Positions 16,133-25,028 of a stretch of DNA of 38,248 nt are shown piece by piece. Numbering within the stretch: the stretch's first letter is position 1; every line of letters begins with the position of its first letter. The stretch comes from Myxococcota bacterium (lineage in GTDB: Bacteria > Myxococcota_A > UBA796 > GCA-2862545). Made by a program: the position numbers and the translations under genes. Where the stretch lies: NCBI GenBank assembly GCA_039208735.1, contig JBCCQY010000081.1:1-38248 (forward strand). Direction: 5' to 3'. The notes beneath the pieces are model-generated. The model saw only the letters and a program-made list of their open reading frames with translations, made no database searches and was not told where the DNA came from.

Positions 16133-18291
16133 CCTTGGTTGCGTTGTGGCTCTGGCTGGTGGCGGCCACCGCGTCGGCCATCGGGCCAACCCGTGGGGTG
16201 GTGGTGTTCGGAACCTCACCCGACGCGGATGTCGTGGTCTATCCACGCAACGATCCGCGCCGGATCGATGTGATGGTCCGCAACAACCGCATGCCCATCG
16301 ACCGGCAAACCGCCGGCATGACTGCGCTCTACCTCCAGGAGATCGAGGCCCTGGCGATTGGGGGGGGCACCTGGTTTGTGAAACTCTGGGTGGATGCCGA
16401 CAACATTGTTGTGAACCCGAAGGTCACGCCAGGTCGGGTGGTGCTTTATCTCGAGCCCGGAACGCCCAAGCTCTTACCCCCTGTGGAGGTGCCTACGGTG
16501 GAGCAATTGCTCACCGCCCCGCCTCCACGCCAACCGCTTGCCCCAGCCCCCATCGCACTGACCTTCTTGCGTGGAGGGTCCAACACCTTGACCCTGCGAC
16601 CGCAGGACATCCAGCTCGATCTTCCGATCTGGGACACCGGCGAGGTACCCCCCGACGCCCGCGGCTGGATGGCCATCGACGTCTACCGCGCTCGGATGAT
16701 CGAGAGCGTCACGCGGGCCCGAAAGGCGGAGTTGCACTACCGACTGGGGCTCGAGCATCTGGGCCTCGGTTGGTATCGTGAGGCGGCGTACTACTTCGAA
16801 GCGGTCATGGGCAGCGACACCCCCTACGACATTCCGGCGGTGGCGCTCGCGGCGGCCCGTGCCCACCTGGCGCTGGGCCGTCCCAAACGGGCGCGAGAAC
16901 TCTGTCAGGTTGCGGGTTCGGCCGGAGCGACCGCGATTGGGGTGCTCCAGTGCATCGGAGCCGCATCGTTGTTGGACGGCTTCCCTTCGCCGACCCACGT
17001 GGGTCGCGCATTGCTCGCCAATTCGAACCTGCCCGAGCATCGGTTGCTGGCGGGGCAGCTCATTCTTTCCGACCACCGGTTCACCGAGGCCCGGCGGGTG
17101 CTCGAAGCGGTGGCCCACGGCGAGCCCAGTGGGCGTGTCATGGCCTCACTAGGAGATGCTCGCTACGCCACGGGCGATGTGGCGGGCGCCAAGCTTGCGT
17201 GGTTGGAAGGGGCGGCCAAGAACCGGCGATTGTCGGAACGCATCGCGCTTCGGGTGGAGATGGCGGCCATGCTGGAAGGTGGCGCGTCCGAATGGGCCAC
17301 CTACATTCCCCGGCTCATCGATTTGTCGGAGCGAAAAGGGTTTCTTGCTGCGGAAGCCCATTACCTGCTCGCCCAGATCGCAGAGATGTACGGCGACCCC
17401 GATTTGGCCGCCGAGCACCTCAATCGCATGTGGGACCGCTTTCCTTCGCGAGTGATCCAGTCCGACGTCCCCGAACGCCTCGTGGAGGTCTGCAACCAGC
17501 GCCTTTCGATGTTGGCGCGGGCGGGACGGTCCGCGCAGGAGGTGTCGTTCTTTCTCGCGTGCTGGCGGCAAGAACTCGACATGCTCACCGGCAACCCCGA
17601 GGTGCTGCAGCGGGTTGCCATGTTGCTGTCCGAGTTGGGGCTGCCCTATGACGCGTTGGCGCTCCAGCAACGGGCGCTGCTCATCCACACGAGGCTCGGT
17701 AGCGACGATCCAGCCGCGCTGGCGCAGTTGACGCGCCTGTATGTGGCCACCGGAAAGCCCATCGAAGCGCTCGAAACCCTCGAGTATGCTGAGGGCATTG
17801 GCCGTCAGCTCCCTGCGGGACAGTACTTGGTGGCGGAAGCCGAAGCCCGGCTTGCGGCAGGCGATGTGGATGGCGCCTTGCAGGCGTATCAGCTTGCCGA
17901 TGCCGAGGGTATGCCGGGCATCCGTCGAACGATGGGGCTCGTGTTGGCCGAAGAAGGTCGATGCGAACAGGCCGACCGCTATCTTGCGCCCCTCGACGAC
18001 GGAGAATCTCGGTTGGCCCACGGGCGATGCCTCATCGCGTTGGGTCGCAACGACGAAGCAGCCGAACGACTGCCCAGTCGCAACGAGGACCCACTGGTCA
18101 TCGAGGACGCATCTTGGATGTCGGGCGTCCTCGCCACGCGGGGCGCTCCGATGCAGGTCGAGGCCGTGGACGAAGACGATGCGTTGGCCGATGCACCCGT
18201 CACAGGGCCCAAGGGCATCTGGTCGAAGCTCAAGGCCGAGGAAGAGGCCGCCGAGGACTTCCGGGCGCGCCTCGAAGAGCGTGAACAATAG
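16129..18291 (+). CDS. Secreted protein with N-terminal beta-sandwich (AMIN-like) region and long TPR array
   Basis: GTG 16129 overlaps the upstream TGA; signal peptide ending ASA; beta-rich N-terminus, Pro-rich linker; TPR-like units (LHYRLGLEHLGLGWYREAAYYF, SLGDARYATGDVAGA, AEAHYLLAQIAEMYGD). Confidence 0.8.
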   Translation: MTLVALWLWLVAATASAIGPTRGVVVFGTSPDADVVVYPRNDPRRIDVMVRNNRMPIDRQTAGMTALYLQEIEALAIGGGTWFVKLWVDADNIVVNPKVTPGRVVLYLEPGTPKLLPPVEVPTVEQLLTAPPPRQPLAPAPIALTFLRGGSNTLTLRPQDIQLDLPIWDTGEVPPDARGWMAIDVYRARMIESVTRARKAELHYRLGLEHLGLGWYREAAYYFEAVMGSDTPYDIPAVALAAARAHLALGRPKRARELCQVAGSAGATAIGVLQCIGAASLLDGFPSPTHVGRALLANSNLPEHRLLAGQLILSDHRFTEARRVLEAVAHGEPSGRVMASLGDARYATGDVAGAKLAWLEGAAKNRRLSERIALRVEMAAMLEGGASEWATYIPRLIDLSERKGFLAAEAHYLLAQIAEMYGDPDLAAEHLNRMWDRFPSRVIQSDVPERLVEVCNQRLSMLARAGRSAQEVSFFLACWRQELDMLTGNPEVLQRVAMLLSELGLPYDALALQQRALLIHTRLGSDDPAALAQLTRLYVATGKPIEALETLEYAEGIGRQLPAGQYLVAEAEARLAAGDVDGALQAYQLADAEGMPGIRRTMGLVLAEEGRCEQADRYLAPLDDGESRLAHGRCLIALGRNDEAAERLPSRNEDPLVIEDASWMSGVLATRGAPMQVEAVDEDDALADAPVTGPKGIWSKLKAEEEAAEDFRARLEEREQ

Positions 18292-18321
18292 GCACCGTTT
18301 GGGCGACTCAGCGGCTTTCGT

Positions 18322-18948
18322 TCACAGCAGAAGGTCGATGAGTTCAGCCATCGGATTGCGACCGAGGATCCAGGGATAAAACAGGCTACCCAGCCATCCG
18401 TGGACCACGGCAAGAGGCCAGAGGTTCCGGTAGCGCTGGAACAACGCCACATAGAAGCCTCCCATGGCCGAGGTGGCGGCCCAAAGTGCAGGGTGCTCGA
18501 GATGGAGTAGGCCAAACCCGATGGCTCCAATGAGCACGAGCCATCCTCGTCCGAGTTCTGCCACCACCCGCAAGTTGTCGATAAACAAGCATTGCACAAG
18601 CCATTGCTGCACCAAGCCCCACAGTGGGTAGAGCAGCATCGACAACCAGAGGTAGCGCGGAACGAGTGGCCGACCGAGCGACGTGGCCCACATGCCGCCG
18701 GCTGCAACGAGGATCACGAATGGCAACGCCAGCACGCTTACGATCGAGCCAAGGTTTCGGGTTGGCGCGAGGCCCCACTGGCGGGAACGTTCGCCTGCGT
18801 TGGCGAGGAGATAGCCTCCCCAAAGCAACATGCAGCCCACGATGAAGGTGGCGAGAGGCTCGATGGGATCCGGCGGCTTCGGAATGGCCAGAAAGGCCAA
18901 CGCGGTCACGGACACCATGGCGAGTTCAGTTGCGGGACCCAGTTTCAT
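18322..18948 (-). CDS. CPBP (Abi/CAAX protease-like) intramembrane protein
   Basis: Multi-TM; FGLLH and RNLWPLAVVHG motifs; motif 1 reads QQWLVQ instead of EExxxR. Confidence 0.75.
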   Translation of the reverse strand: MKLGPATELAMVSVTALAFLAIPKPPDPIEPLATFIVGCMLLWGGYLLANAGERSRQWGLAPTRNLGSIVSVLALPFVILVAAGGMWATSLGRPLVPRYLWLSMLLYPLWGLVQQWLVQCLFIDNLRVVAELGRGWLVLIGAIGFGLLHLEHPALWAATSAMGGFYVALFQRYRNLWPLAVVHGWLGSLFYPWILGRNPMAELIDLLL

Positions 18949-19008
18949 GTTCGCAACGTACCTACGTCAGGGGGTGTGCGGTACACTTGCCGTCGCTTGG
19001 GAGGAACA

Positions 19009-19248
19009 ATGGTTCGCTCGATGTGGTGGGTTCTGTCGCTTGGGTTGATGGGGTGCCTCGAGCCTGCAATCGGCCAACCCTGTACGCTGCATGACGACTG
19101 TGGTTTGGCGTTGTTCTGCGCCATCGGCGAGGCGGGGGCGGACGACGGGGATGTCGAAGGCGTATGCGCGGCACCAGAACAGGCATCTGAGGATGACCTG
19201 ATGCGGCTGAAGCGGATGATCGACAAGCGCAGCCAGATGTATGACTGA
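19009..19248 (+). CDS. Small Cys-rich lipoprotein
   Basis: RBS GGAGG, lipobox LMGC, GQPCTLHDDCGLALFC...GVC disulfide module. Confidence 0.7.
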   Translation: MVRSMWWVLSLGLMGCLEPAIGQPCTLHDDCGLALFCAIGEAGADDGDVEGVCAAPEQASEDDLMRLKRMIDKRSQMYD

Positions 19249-19353
19249 GACGGTGCGGCTCGAATCAGACCTCATCCAGGATCGACCGCCACATCCGTGA
19301 TGTGCAGGAGAATCCTGGCGTCAGTCCGCATCTTCGAAGCGCACGATCGACGT

Positions 19354-20466
19354 TCAGCGAACGATGGCACGGAGGGGGGCGCTGACCGGAGAGGAGAGCA
19401 GGTGCCGGGTGGCGTCGAGCCAGGCGGCCACCTTGGCGAGTTCTTCCTCGGGGCAGCTCGGCTCATAAGACACCCCGAGGCGCACACCGTCGGACCGTAC
19501 CGCGACGTTGCGCAGGCTCACGGGCAAAATAGCCACTTCCCCCATCGTGGGGAGGTGCAGCTGGATGGTAAACCCGGGGCCCAGGCGGCCGGCTCGCCGC
19601 GCGTCGAGGTCGACCTTCAACCCGATGCCGCTCGCCGAGATATCCACGACCTCGGCCGGAAGACGGCCCAATGCGCAGACCATGGTGACCCCGGCCGGAT
19701 TCGAAGCTACCGGGCGAATGCGCATCGACCGGCGCAGTTCGAGTGCGGTGGCGAGATTTCCGGGCAACATCGAGGCCTTCAAAGGAGGGTCGAACTGAAA
19801 CACCCACTCGGCCAGGTCGAGTTGGCCGCCTCGTGCGGGGGCCAGAACGATGGTGCCCGGCAATTCGACGTAGGTCTCCTCGACCGAGACCTCGAGCCCC
19901 ACGGGGAGGCCCGGCACGAGCATGCCCGATTGACTGGGCGTGACCCCGAGTACGGCGGCCTCAAGGGAGAGGTCCAGCACCGCAGCCGGTGAGGTTCGCG
20001 GACCGACCGTGAGCCGCGCCTGTAGATTGTCCAGGCGGGCGATGCGCCGGCGCCGGTCTTCTGTCGTGGGGTCGCGCAGGCGTTCTTCGGTTCGGGACAG
20101 GTGCGAGGCCAGGTCGTCACGCTGTTGCCGAAGCAGGCGCAGCCGCATCACCATGCGGCCTCGGGCTCGTTCGAAGGCCTCGCCTAGAGGCGCGAACTCG
20201 TCCCATCGCATGGGGAGCACGAGCGCCACGTTGCGGTCTTCATCGTCGGTTCCGAGTCGTTCAGCGCCTTGTCGGAGCAGGTCGAGGTCTTCGGCCGAGC
20301 GATGACGGGCCCAGGCCATCGTGAACAGAACCGAGAGCCCGACGAGGAGCCCGACCGACCCCCGAATCACGACCGATGACGCGTCGGCGTCGGCCATGGG
20401 TACAAGCAGGGGCCCCACGGCCGCCAGTGCCGTGCACAGCCATTGGATGCGGACCCAGCTCTGCAT
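19354..20466 (-). CDS. Membrane protein with HAMP-like linker and tandem PilZ domains
   Basis: Two N-terminal hydrophobic segments, DEFAPLGEAFE HAMP-like motif, coiled coil, degenerate PilZ (RRRRIAR...DLSLEA), canonical PilZ (RRSMR...DISASG). Start set to ATG 20466 because the longer ORF overlaps flgB. Confidence 0.8.
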   Translation of the reverse strand: MQSWVRIQWLCTALAAVGPLLVPMADADASSVVIRGSVGLLVGLSVLFTMAWARHRSAEDLDLLRQGAERLGTDDEDRNVALVLPMRWDEFAPLGEAFERARGRMVMRLRLLRQQRDDLASHLSRTEERLRDPTTEDRRRRIARLDNLQARLTVGPRTSPAAVLDLSLEAAVLGVTPSQSGMLVPGLPVGLEVSVEETYVELPGTIVLAPARGGQLDLAEWVFQFDPPLKASMLPGNLATALELRRSMRIRPVASNPAGVTMVCALGRLPAEVVDISASGIGLKVDLDARRAGRLGPGFTIQLHLPTMGEVAILPVSLRNVAVRSDGVRLGVSYEPSCPEEELAKVAAWLDATRHLLSSPVSAPLRAIVR

Positions 20467-20473
20467 GCCTAGA

Positions 20474-20501
20474 AGGTCGGCCAGACCGGCGTGGACTTGA
20501 G
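20474..20501 (-). promoter_or_regulatory. Sigma28-like promoter of the HAMP-PilZ gene (CTCAA-N15-GCCGACCT)
   Basis: Minus-strand motif ending 7 nt before ATG 20466. Confidence 0.6.
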
Positions 20502-20570
20502 CGGAGAAAATGCGTGGAACGGCGTTGTCGGCGGGGCAGGCTCGTTTGGTGGATTCCCTTCTCGACGCGG

Positions 20571-20598
20571 CTAAACCTCCTAAACCGGCGACCGATTG
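20571..20598 (+). promoter_or_regulatory. Sigma28-like promoter of flgB operon (CTAAA-N15-ACCGATTG)
   Basis: Consensus TAAA -35 box, 15-nt spacer, -10 box identical to those at flgI and flgM. Confidence 0.7.
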
Positions 20599-20622
20599 GC
20601 CCTCCGCACAACGGGGAAGCCG

Positions 20623-21027
20623 ATGCCGACGATGTCGATGTTCGACCCGATGATGAACGCGCTGCAACGCGTGCTCGACCTACGCCAGCAACAACACGCC
20701 GTGACCGCGAGCAACCTTGCGAACGCCGAGACACCTGGGTTTCGGGCCAAGGTGCTCGAGTTCGACGAGACGTTGTCGGCCATCATGAAGCGGGCCCAAA
20801 GCGAGATGGTCAACCAGCGTGTGCCGGGCCACGTCACGCGTTTGGCGGTGCAAGCCCCTGACATCGAAGAGGTCGCGCCGGCCCCCTGGTCGACCGACGA
20901 CAATTCGGTGCTTCCCGAAAGAGAAATTGCGCGGATGCAGGAAAACAGCCTCATGTACCGTGCCGTGGCCGAGGGATTGTCTCGACGCCTTGCCCTTCTC
21001 AAGTATGCCGCTAGCGACGGGAGGTAG
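20623..21027 (+). CDS. flgB: Flagellar basal-body rod protein
   Basis: LDLRQQQHAVTASNLANAETPGFRAKVLEF, DDNSVLPEREIARMQENSLMY; ATG 20623 after GGGGAAG. Confidence 0.95.
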   Translation: MPTMSMFDPMMNALQRVLDLRQQQHAVTASNLANAETPGFRAKVLEFDETLSAIMKRAQSEMVNQRVPGHVTRLAVQAPDIEEVAPAPWSTDDNSVLPEREIARMQENSLMYRAVAEGLSRRLALLKYAASDGR

Positions 21028-21032
21028 GTTTC

Positions 21033-21449
21033 ATGGACCTTCTCGATACCTTCAACATTGCGGCCAGTGGCCTGACGGCCCAGCGCGTTCGCGTGCAGAC
21101 GATTTCGTCGAACCTGGCCAATGCACGCACCACCCGCACCGCCGACGGAGGGCCCTACAAGCGTCAGGCCCCTGTGTTTCGGTCCCAGGCGGCGACCTTT
21201 GGATCGGTACTCGATCGCACCATCGCAGGCGTTCAGGTGGATCGCATTGCCGAGATCGACGATTTGCGCATGGTGTTCGACCCTCGACACCCCGATGCGG
21301 ACGCCGAAGGCTTCGTGGCCATGCCCGACATCGATGTCATTGGCGAGATGGTCGACCTGATGTCGGCATCCCGGTCGTACGAAGCTGCACTCAACGCGGT
21401 CGACACGACTCGTGAGATGGCGATGCGAGCCCTCGAGATTGGGAGGTAA
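21033..21449 (+). CDS. flgC: Flagellar basal-body rod protein
   Basis: ASGLTAQRVR, SNLANARTTRT, GPYKRQ, DPRHPDADAEGFVAMP, EMVDLMSASRSYEA. Confidence 0.97.
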   Translation: MDLLDTFNIAASGLTAQRVRVQTISSNLANARTTRTADGGPYKRQAPVFRSQAATFGSVLDRTIAGVQVDRIAEIDDLRMVFDPRHPDADAEGFVAMPDIDVIGEMVDLMSASRSYEAALNAVDTTREMAMRALEIGR

Positions 21450-21451
21450 CG

Positions 21452-21775
21452 ATGATTCGCGGAGTCAACGGCCTCCAGGCCTACGCACGCGCGCTTGGCA
21501 CATCCGGCGTCGACGCAAACATGCCGAGCGATGTGGTGTTGCGGCCAAACGATGGGCCCGACTTCACGGCTACCTTGACCCGGGCGCTGGGTGCGGTCGA
21601 GACCCAACATGCCACGGCCGACAGCGTGTTGGCGGACCTCGCAAGCGGCGACAGCGTCGACCTGCACGCCACGATGATCGAGCTTGAAAAGGCCGACATC
21701 GCTCTTCGAACCCTTGTGTCCGTCCGGGACAAGTTCATCGCTGCCTACGAGCAGGTGATGAACATGAACGTCTGA
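21452..21775 (+). CDS. fliE: Flagellar hook-basal body protein
   Basis: LASGDSVDLHATMIELEKADIAL...VRDKFIAAYEQVMNM. Confidence 0.95.
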   Translation: MIRGVNGLQAYARALGTSGVDANMPSDVVLRPNDGPDFTATLTRALGAVETQHATADSVLADLASGDSVDLHATMIELEKADIALRTLVSVRDKFIAAYEQVMNMNV

Positions 21776-21779
21776 GCCT

Positions 21780-23336
21780 GTGAGACCTGCGTTGGAACGG
21801 TGGCTTGCCCTTTGGGGTGAGCTCGACATGAAACGCCGCGTGCAGCTTGTCGTCGTCACTCTGCTGACGATTGGCGTGTTGGTGACGGTGGGGGTGTGGT
21901 CGGCCACGCCCGCTTGGCGCCCCTTGCTCGAGGGGCGCGCCTACGACGAGCTGCTCGATGCGGCGGCCTCGCTAAGCGATCAGGGGATCCGGTACCGCAT
22001 CAAGGACGGGTCGCTACAGGTCCCGGCGGGTGAACTCGGTGCAGGAAAGGCGGCGTTGGCGACCATGTCCGACCTGCCTGGCTTGGCCGATGTCGGCGAT
22101 CTGCAATTGGGGCTGACCCCGGCCGCCCAGGAATGGGCGTTCCTTCGTGCTCGCGAAGGGGATTTGTCGAGGGTCATCAACGCGATTGACGGCATTGCCG
22201 CCTCGCGGGTCAACCTGGTCCCCAGCAAGGAGTCTCTGTTTCTCGACGAGGCCCAGCCCGCCCGTGCCTCGGTGTTCGTGCGGCTGCGTCCGGGGCGAAG
22301 CATTGGAGACACGCAGGTTCGGGCCATCACGAACCTGGTGGCCGGCGCGGTCGAAGACCTCACCGCGGACCGGGTGGCGGTCGTGGACGACCGTGGCAAT
22401 TTGCTCGCCGAGGGAGCAGGACCCCGGGCCAACACGAGCGATGTGCCCAATGAACTGTTGGCGTATCGGTCAGACCTCGAGCGGCACTACGAGCGCGCGG
22501 TCTCCCAGGCGTTGTTGCCGGTCGTGGGATTCGACGGAGGCTTTTCCGTCACCGCTTCGGTCGACATCGATCTGACATCCACCGAAACCGTCACCAAGCG
22601 CATGGACACGAAGACCCAGGCGCTCATGTCGGAGCAAATCGACGAGTCGAACAGCGAGCGGGAAGCCCCGGGCGGCGTTCCCGGCGTCGATGCAAACCTT
22701 CCCGAGCGGCCCGCTCAAGGGGCCCAGGGAAAGACCCGCGAAGAGAAGAGCACGCTCAAAAACGACTACATTTACCCCACCGTCGACGAAATCTCGCGCC
22801 GGCCCGCGGGCGGCATCAAGCGCGTCGCGGTGGCGGTGCAGGTCGACAGTACCAAGGTGGAAGAGATGGCCAAGGTCGCCGGGGTCGAGGCGACCGAGGT
22901 GCAAGGCCAGATCAAGCAGGCCGTCGAGGCGGCCATCGGCATGGACAAGGGACGCAACGACCAGGTCATCGTCAACTTCATGCCGTTTTCGCAGGACGAC
23001 CTGTCGGAAGAGGCGGTGGGAACCATCACCGCCACCGTCTTGGCCCATGACTCGATGCCGTACTTGCTCGTGGCGTTGGCGCTCATCCTCGCCTTCGTGT
23101 TCGTGGTGCGCCCCTTGGTTGCAAGCGTCACAAGGCCACCTCCCTCGCAGTCCGAAGAGGAGCAGCTCAAGGAAGGCGAACTCAGTGAGGAAGAAGCCGA
23201 TGAGCTGCTGGCCCAAAGACTCCAGCAGCTGGTTGAGAACTTCGTTCCCGTTGACGCCCTCGAGTTGTCCGAACTCGTGAGTCACAACCCCCAGGCGGCC
23301 GCCAAGGTCCTGAAGCAGTGGCAAAAGTATGGCTGA
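21780..23336 (+). CDS. fliF: Flagellar MS-ring protein
   Basis: N-terminal TM, RAREGDLSRVI, SKESLF...ARASV, LVAGAVEDLTADRVAVVD, GGVPGVDAN, second TM, NPQAAAKVLKQW. Confidence 0.95.
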   Translation: MRPALERWLALWGELDMKRRVQLVVVTLLTIGVLVTVGVWSATPAWRPLLEGRAYDELLDAAASLSDQGIRYRIKDGSLQVPAGELGAGKAALATMSDLPGLADVGDLQLGLTPAAQEWAFLRAREGDLSRVINAIDGIAASRVNLVPSKESLFLDEAQPARASVFVRLRPGRSIGDTQVRAITNLVAGAVEDLTADRVAVVDDRGNLLAEGAGPRANTSDVPNELLAYRSDLERHYERAVSQALLPVVGFDGGFSVTASVDIDLTSTETVTKRMDTKTQALMSEQIDESNSEREAPGGVPGVDANLPERPAQGAQGKTREEKSTLKNDYIYPTVDEISRRPAGGIKRVAVAVQVDSTKVEEMAKVAGVEATEVQGQIKQAVEAAIGMDKGRNDQVIVNFMPFSQDDLSEEAVGTITATVLAHDSMPYLLVALALILAFVFVVRPLVASVTRPPPSQSEEEQLKEGELSEEEADELLAQRLQQLVENFVPVDALELSELVSHNPQAAAKVLKQWQKYG

Positions 23337-24372
23337 GGATAGTGCGCCTAAACCCCAAGGGGCCCAGCTTGACAAGCCGGATGGGCTGACCGGGCCGCAA
23401 CGCGCGGCCATCTTGGTGATGTACCTGACGCGCGACGTCGCGAAAGACGTGCTGCGGCACCTCTCCGATACGGATCTGGAGCAGGTGGGCGCCGCCATGG
23501 CGGCAGTGGAACAGGTGTCGCCCAAAACCATCGAGATCGTGGTCGAGAAGTTCATCCGGGACATGTACGACGCCTGCCTTGTGCCGAGCACAGGGCCCGA
23601 GTACGCGCTCGAGACCCTGCCCCAGCTCGTCGATGAACCTCGGCGCCCCCGGCTTGTGTCGGCCCTCCGGCGCCGTTTGTCCGACCGTTTGGCCGCAGCG
23701 GTGGCCAAGCATCCGCCTCGAACCGTCTCGACCGTCATCAAGGACGAACATCCGCAAACCCAGGCGGTGGCGTTGTTGTTGATGGGGGAGGACAACGCAG
23801 CGGGCGTGTTGGCATGCTTCGACGAGGACGAACGGGCCTCGGTGGCGCTTCGGATGGCGCGCATCGAACGCATTCCGGCTGCCTTGGCCGATGAGGTAGA
23901 GGACGGCCTCCTTGCCGCGCTCGAAGACAAGGGCGTTGGCGGCTTGGTCATGCCGGGCGTGGACCGTACGGCGAAGATCTTGGGTCGCCTGCCCGGCGAC
24001 GAGCAACAGGCCGTTCTCGATGGCATTGCCAAGGGCGAGCCAGAGCTTTCCGACACGCTCCGCCGACGCATGGTCGTCTTCGATGACCTCGGACGCCTTG
24101 ACGACCGCTCGATGCAGACGCTGCTCAAGAGCATCGAACGCGAGAAGTTGGTCATCGCGCTGCGGGGAGCCGGGGACGACATCCTCAACCTCGTCATCCG
24201 CAACATGTCGAGTCGGGCCGCCAAGGACCTCGTCGAAGAGATCGATGTGCTCGGGCCGAAGCCCAAGGCGGTGGTCGAGCAGTCGCGCGAGGAGATCGTG
24301 CAGACGGTGCTTCACCTTCGCGAAGAGGGCGCCATCGTGCTGTCCTTCGGCGACGAAGCGGAGATGCTCTAA
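23329..24372 (+). CDS. fliG: Flagellar motor switch protein
   Basis: LTGPQRAAIL, EHPQTQA, MVVFDDL, NMSSRAAKDLVEEI torque-helix region. Confidence 0.96.
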   Translation: MAEDSAPKPQGAQLDKPDGLTGPQRAAILVMYLTRDVAKDVLRHLSDTDLEQVGAAMAAVEQVSPKTIEIVVEKFIRDMYDACLVPSTGPEYALETLPQLVDEPRRPRLVSALRRRLSDRLAAAVAKHPPRTVSTVIKDEHPQTQAVALLLMGEDNAAGVLACFDEDERASVALRMARIERIPAALADEVEDGLLAALEDKGVGGLVMPGVDRTAKILGRLPGDEQQAVLDGIAKGEPELSDTLRRRMVVFDDLGRLDDRSMQTLLKSIEREKLVIALRGAGDDILNLVIRNMSSRAAKDLVEEIDVLGPKPKAVVEQSREEIVQTVLHLREEGAIVLSFGDEAEML

Positions 24373-24375
24373 GCC

Positions 24376-25017
24376 ATGTCGCAGCCCTTCGAGCCCTTTC
24401 CTGAAGTTGCCCGACCGTTCGACGCCTGGCGGCGTGAACGCTGGTTGCCACCGGCTCCGCCGCCGCCGCCCGACCTCGAGGTGCACGGACCGCCCGCGGT
24501 GGACCCCGACGAATTGCCGGGGCTCCTCGCCGAGGCTCGAGAGGCGGGAGCCCAGGCGGTTCGAGAGGAACTGGAGGGCGAACTGACGTCCTTGCGGGAA
24601 ACCGTCGAGCATCTGGGGCCGGTGCTCGACGACCTCGCGCGATTGCGGCATGCCACGCTGCTGACCGCGGCCGAGGACGTGGCCGAAATCGTGCGCCTGT
24701 TCGCCCGCAAGGTGGTGGGGGACTCGGTGGTCCTGCACCCGGAAGCCCTGCCGCGCATCGTGAAGGAAGCATTGCAGCAATTGCCTGATGCAGACGAGGT
24801 GACCCTGGTTGTCTCGCCGCAGGCGTCGGAATCGTTGAGCCGGCATTTGGATTCGAGCCTCCGAGAACGACTCACCGTCGACCCGGAGCTTGGAGAAGGC
24901 GTCATCGTGCGCACCCATCACGCCACGCTTGACGCCACCTTGCGCCACGCCGAGCAGGCCCTGGATAGCGCTATCCAGAGCTGGCTTTCCGAGCAGTGGT
25001 GGGTCGAAAGCCCGTGA
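24376..25017 (+). CDS. fliH: Flagellar export ATPase regulator
   Basis: Between fliG and fliI; ARKVVG, LVVSP, VDPELGEGVIVRT...LDATL C-terminal domain. Confidence 0.85.
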   Translation: MSQPFEPFPEVARPFDAWRRERWLPPAPPPPPDLEVHGPPAVDPDELPGLLAEAREAGAQAVREELEGELTSLRETVEHLGPVLDDLARLRHATLLTAAEDVAEIVRLFARKVVGDSVVLHPEALPRIVKEALQQLPDADEVTLVVSPQASESLSRHLDSSLRERLTVDPELGEGVIVRTHHATLDATLRHAEQALDSAIQSWLSEQWWVESP

Positions 25018-25028
25018 AGGAGGGGGCG

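Noticed and set aside
20467..20667. N-terminal extensions given by the ORF track (HAMP-PilZ; also 14986, 16096, 18592, 28541, 32645, 33888 starts)
   Set aside because: They overlap neighbouring genes or promoters; downstream starts have an RBS, signal peptide, stop/start overlap or promoter support.
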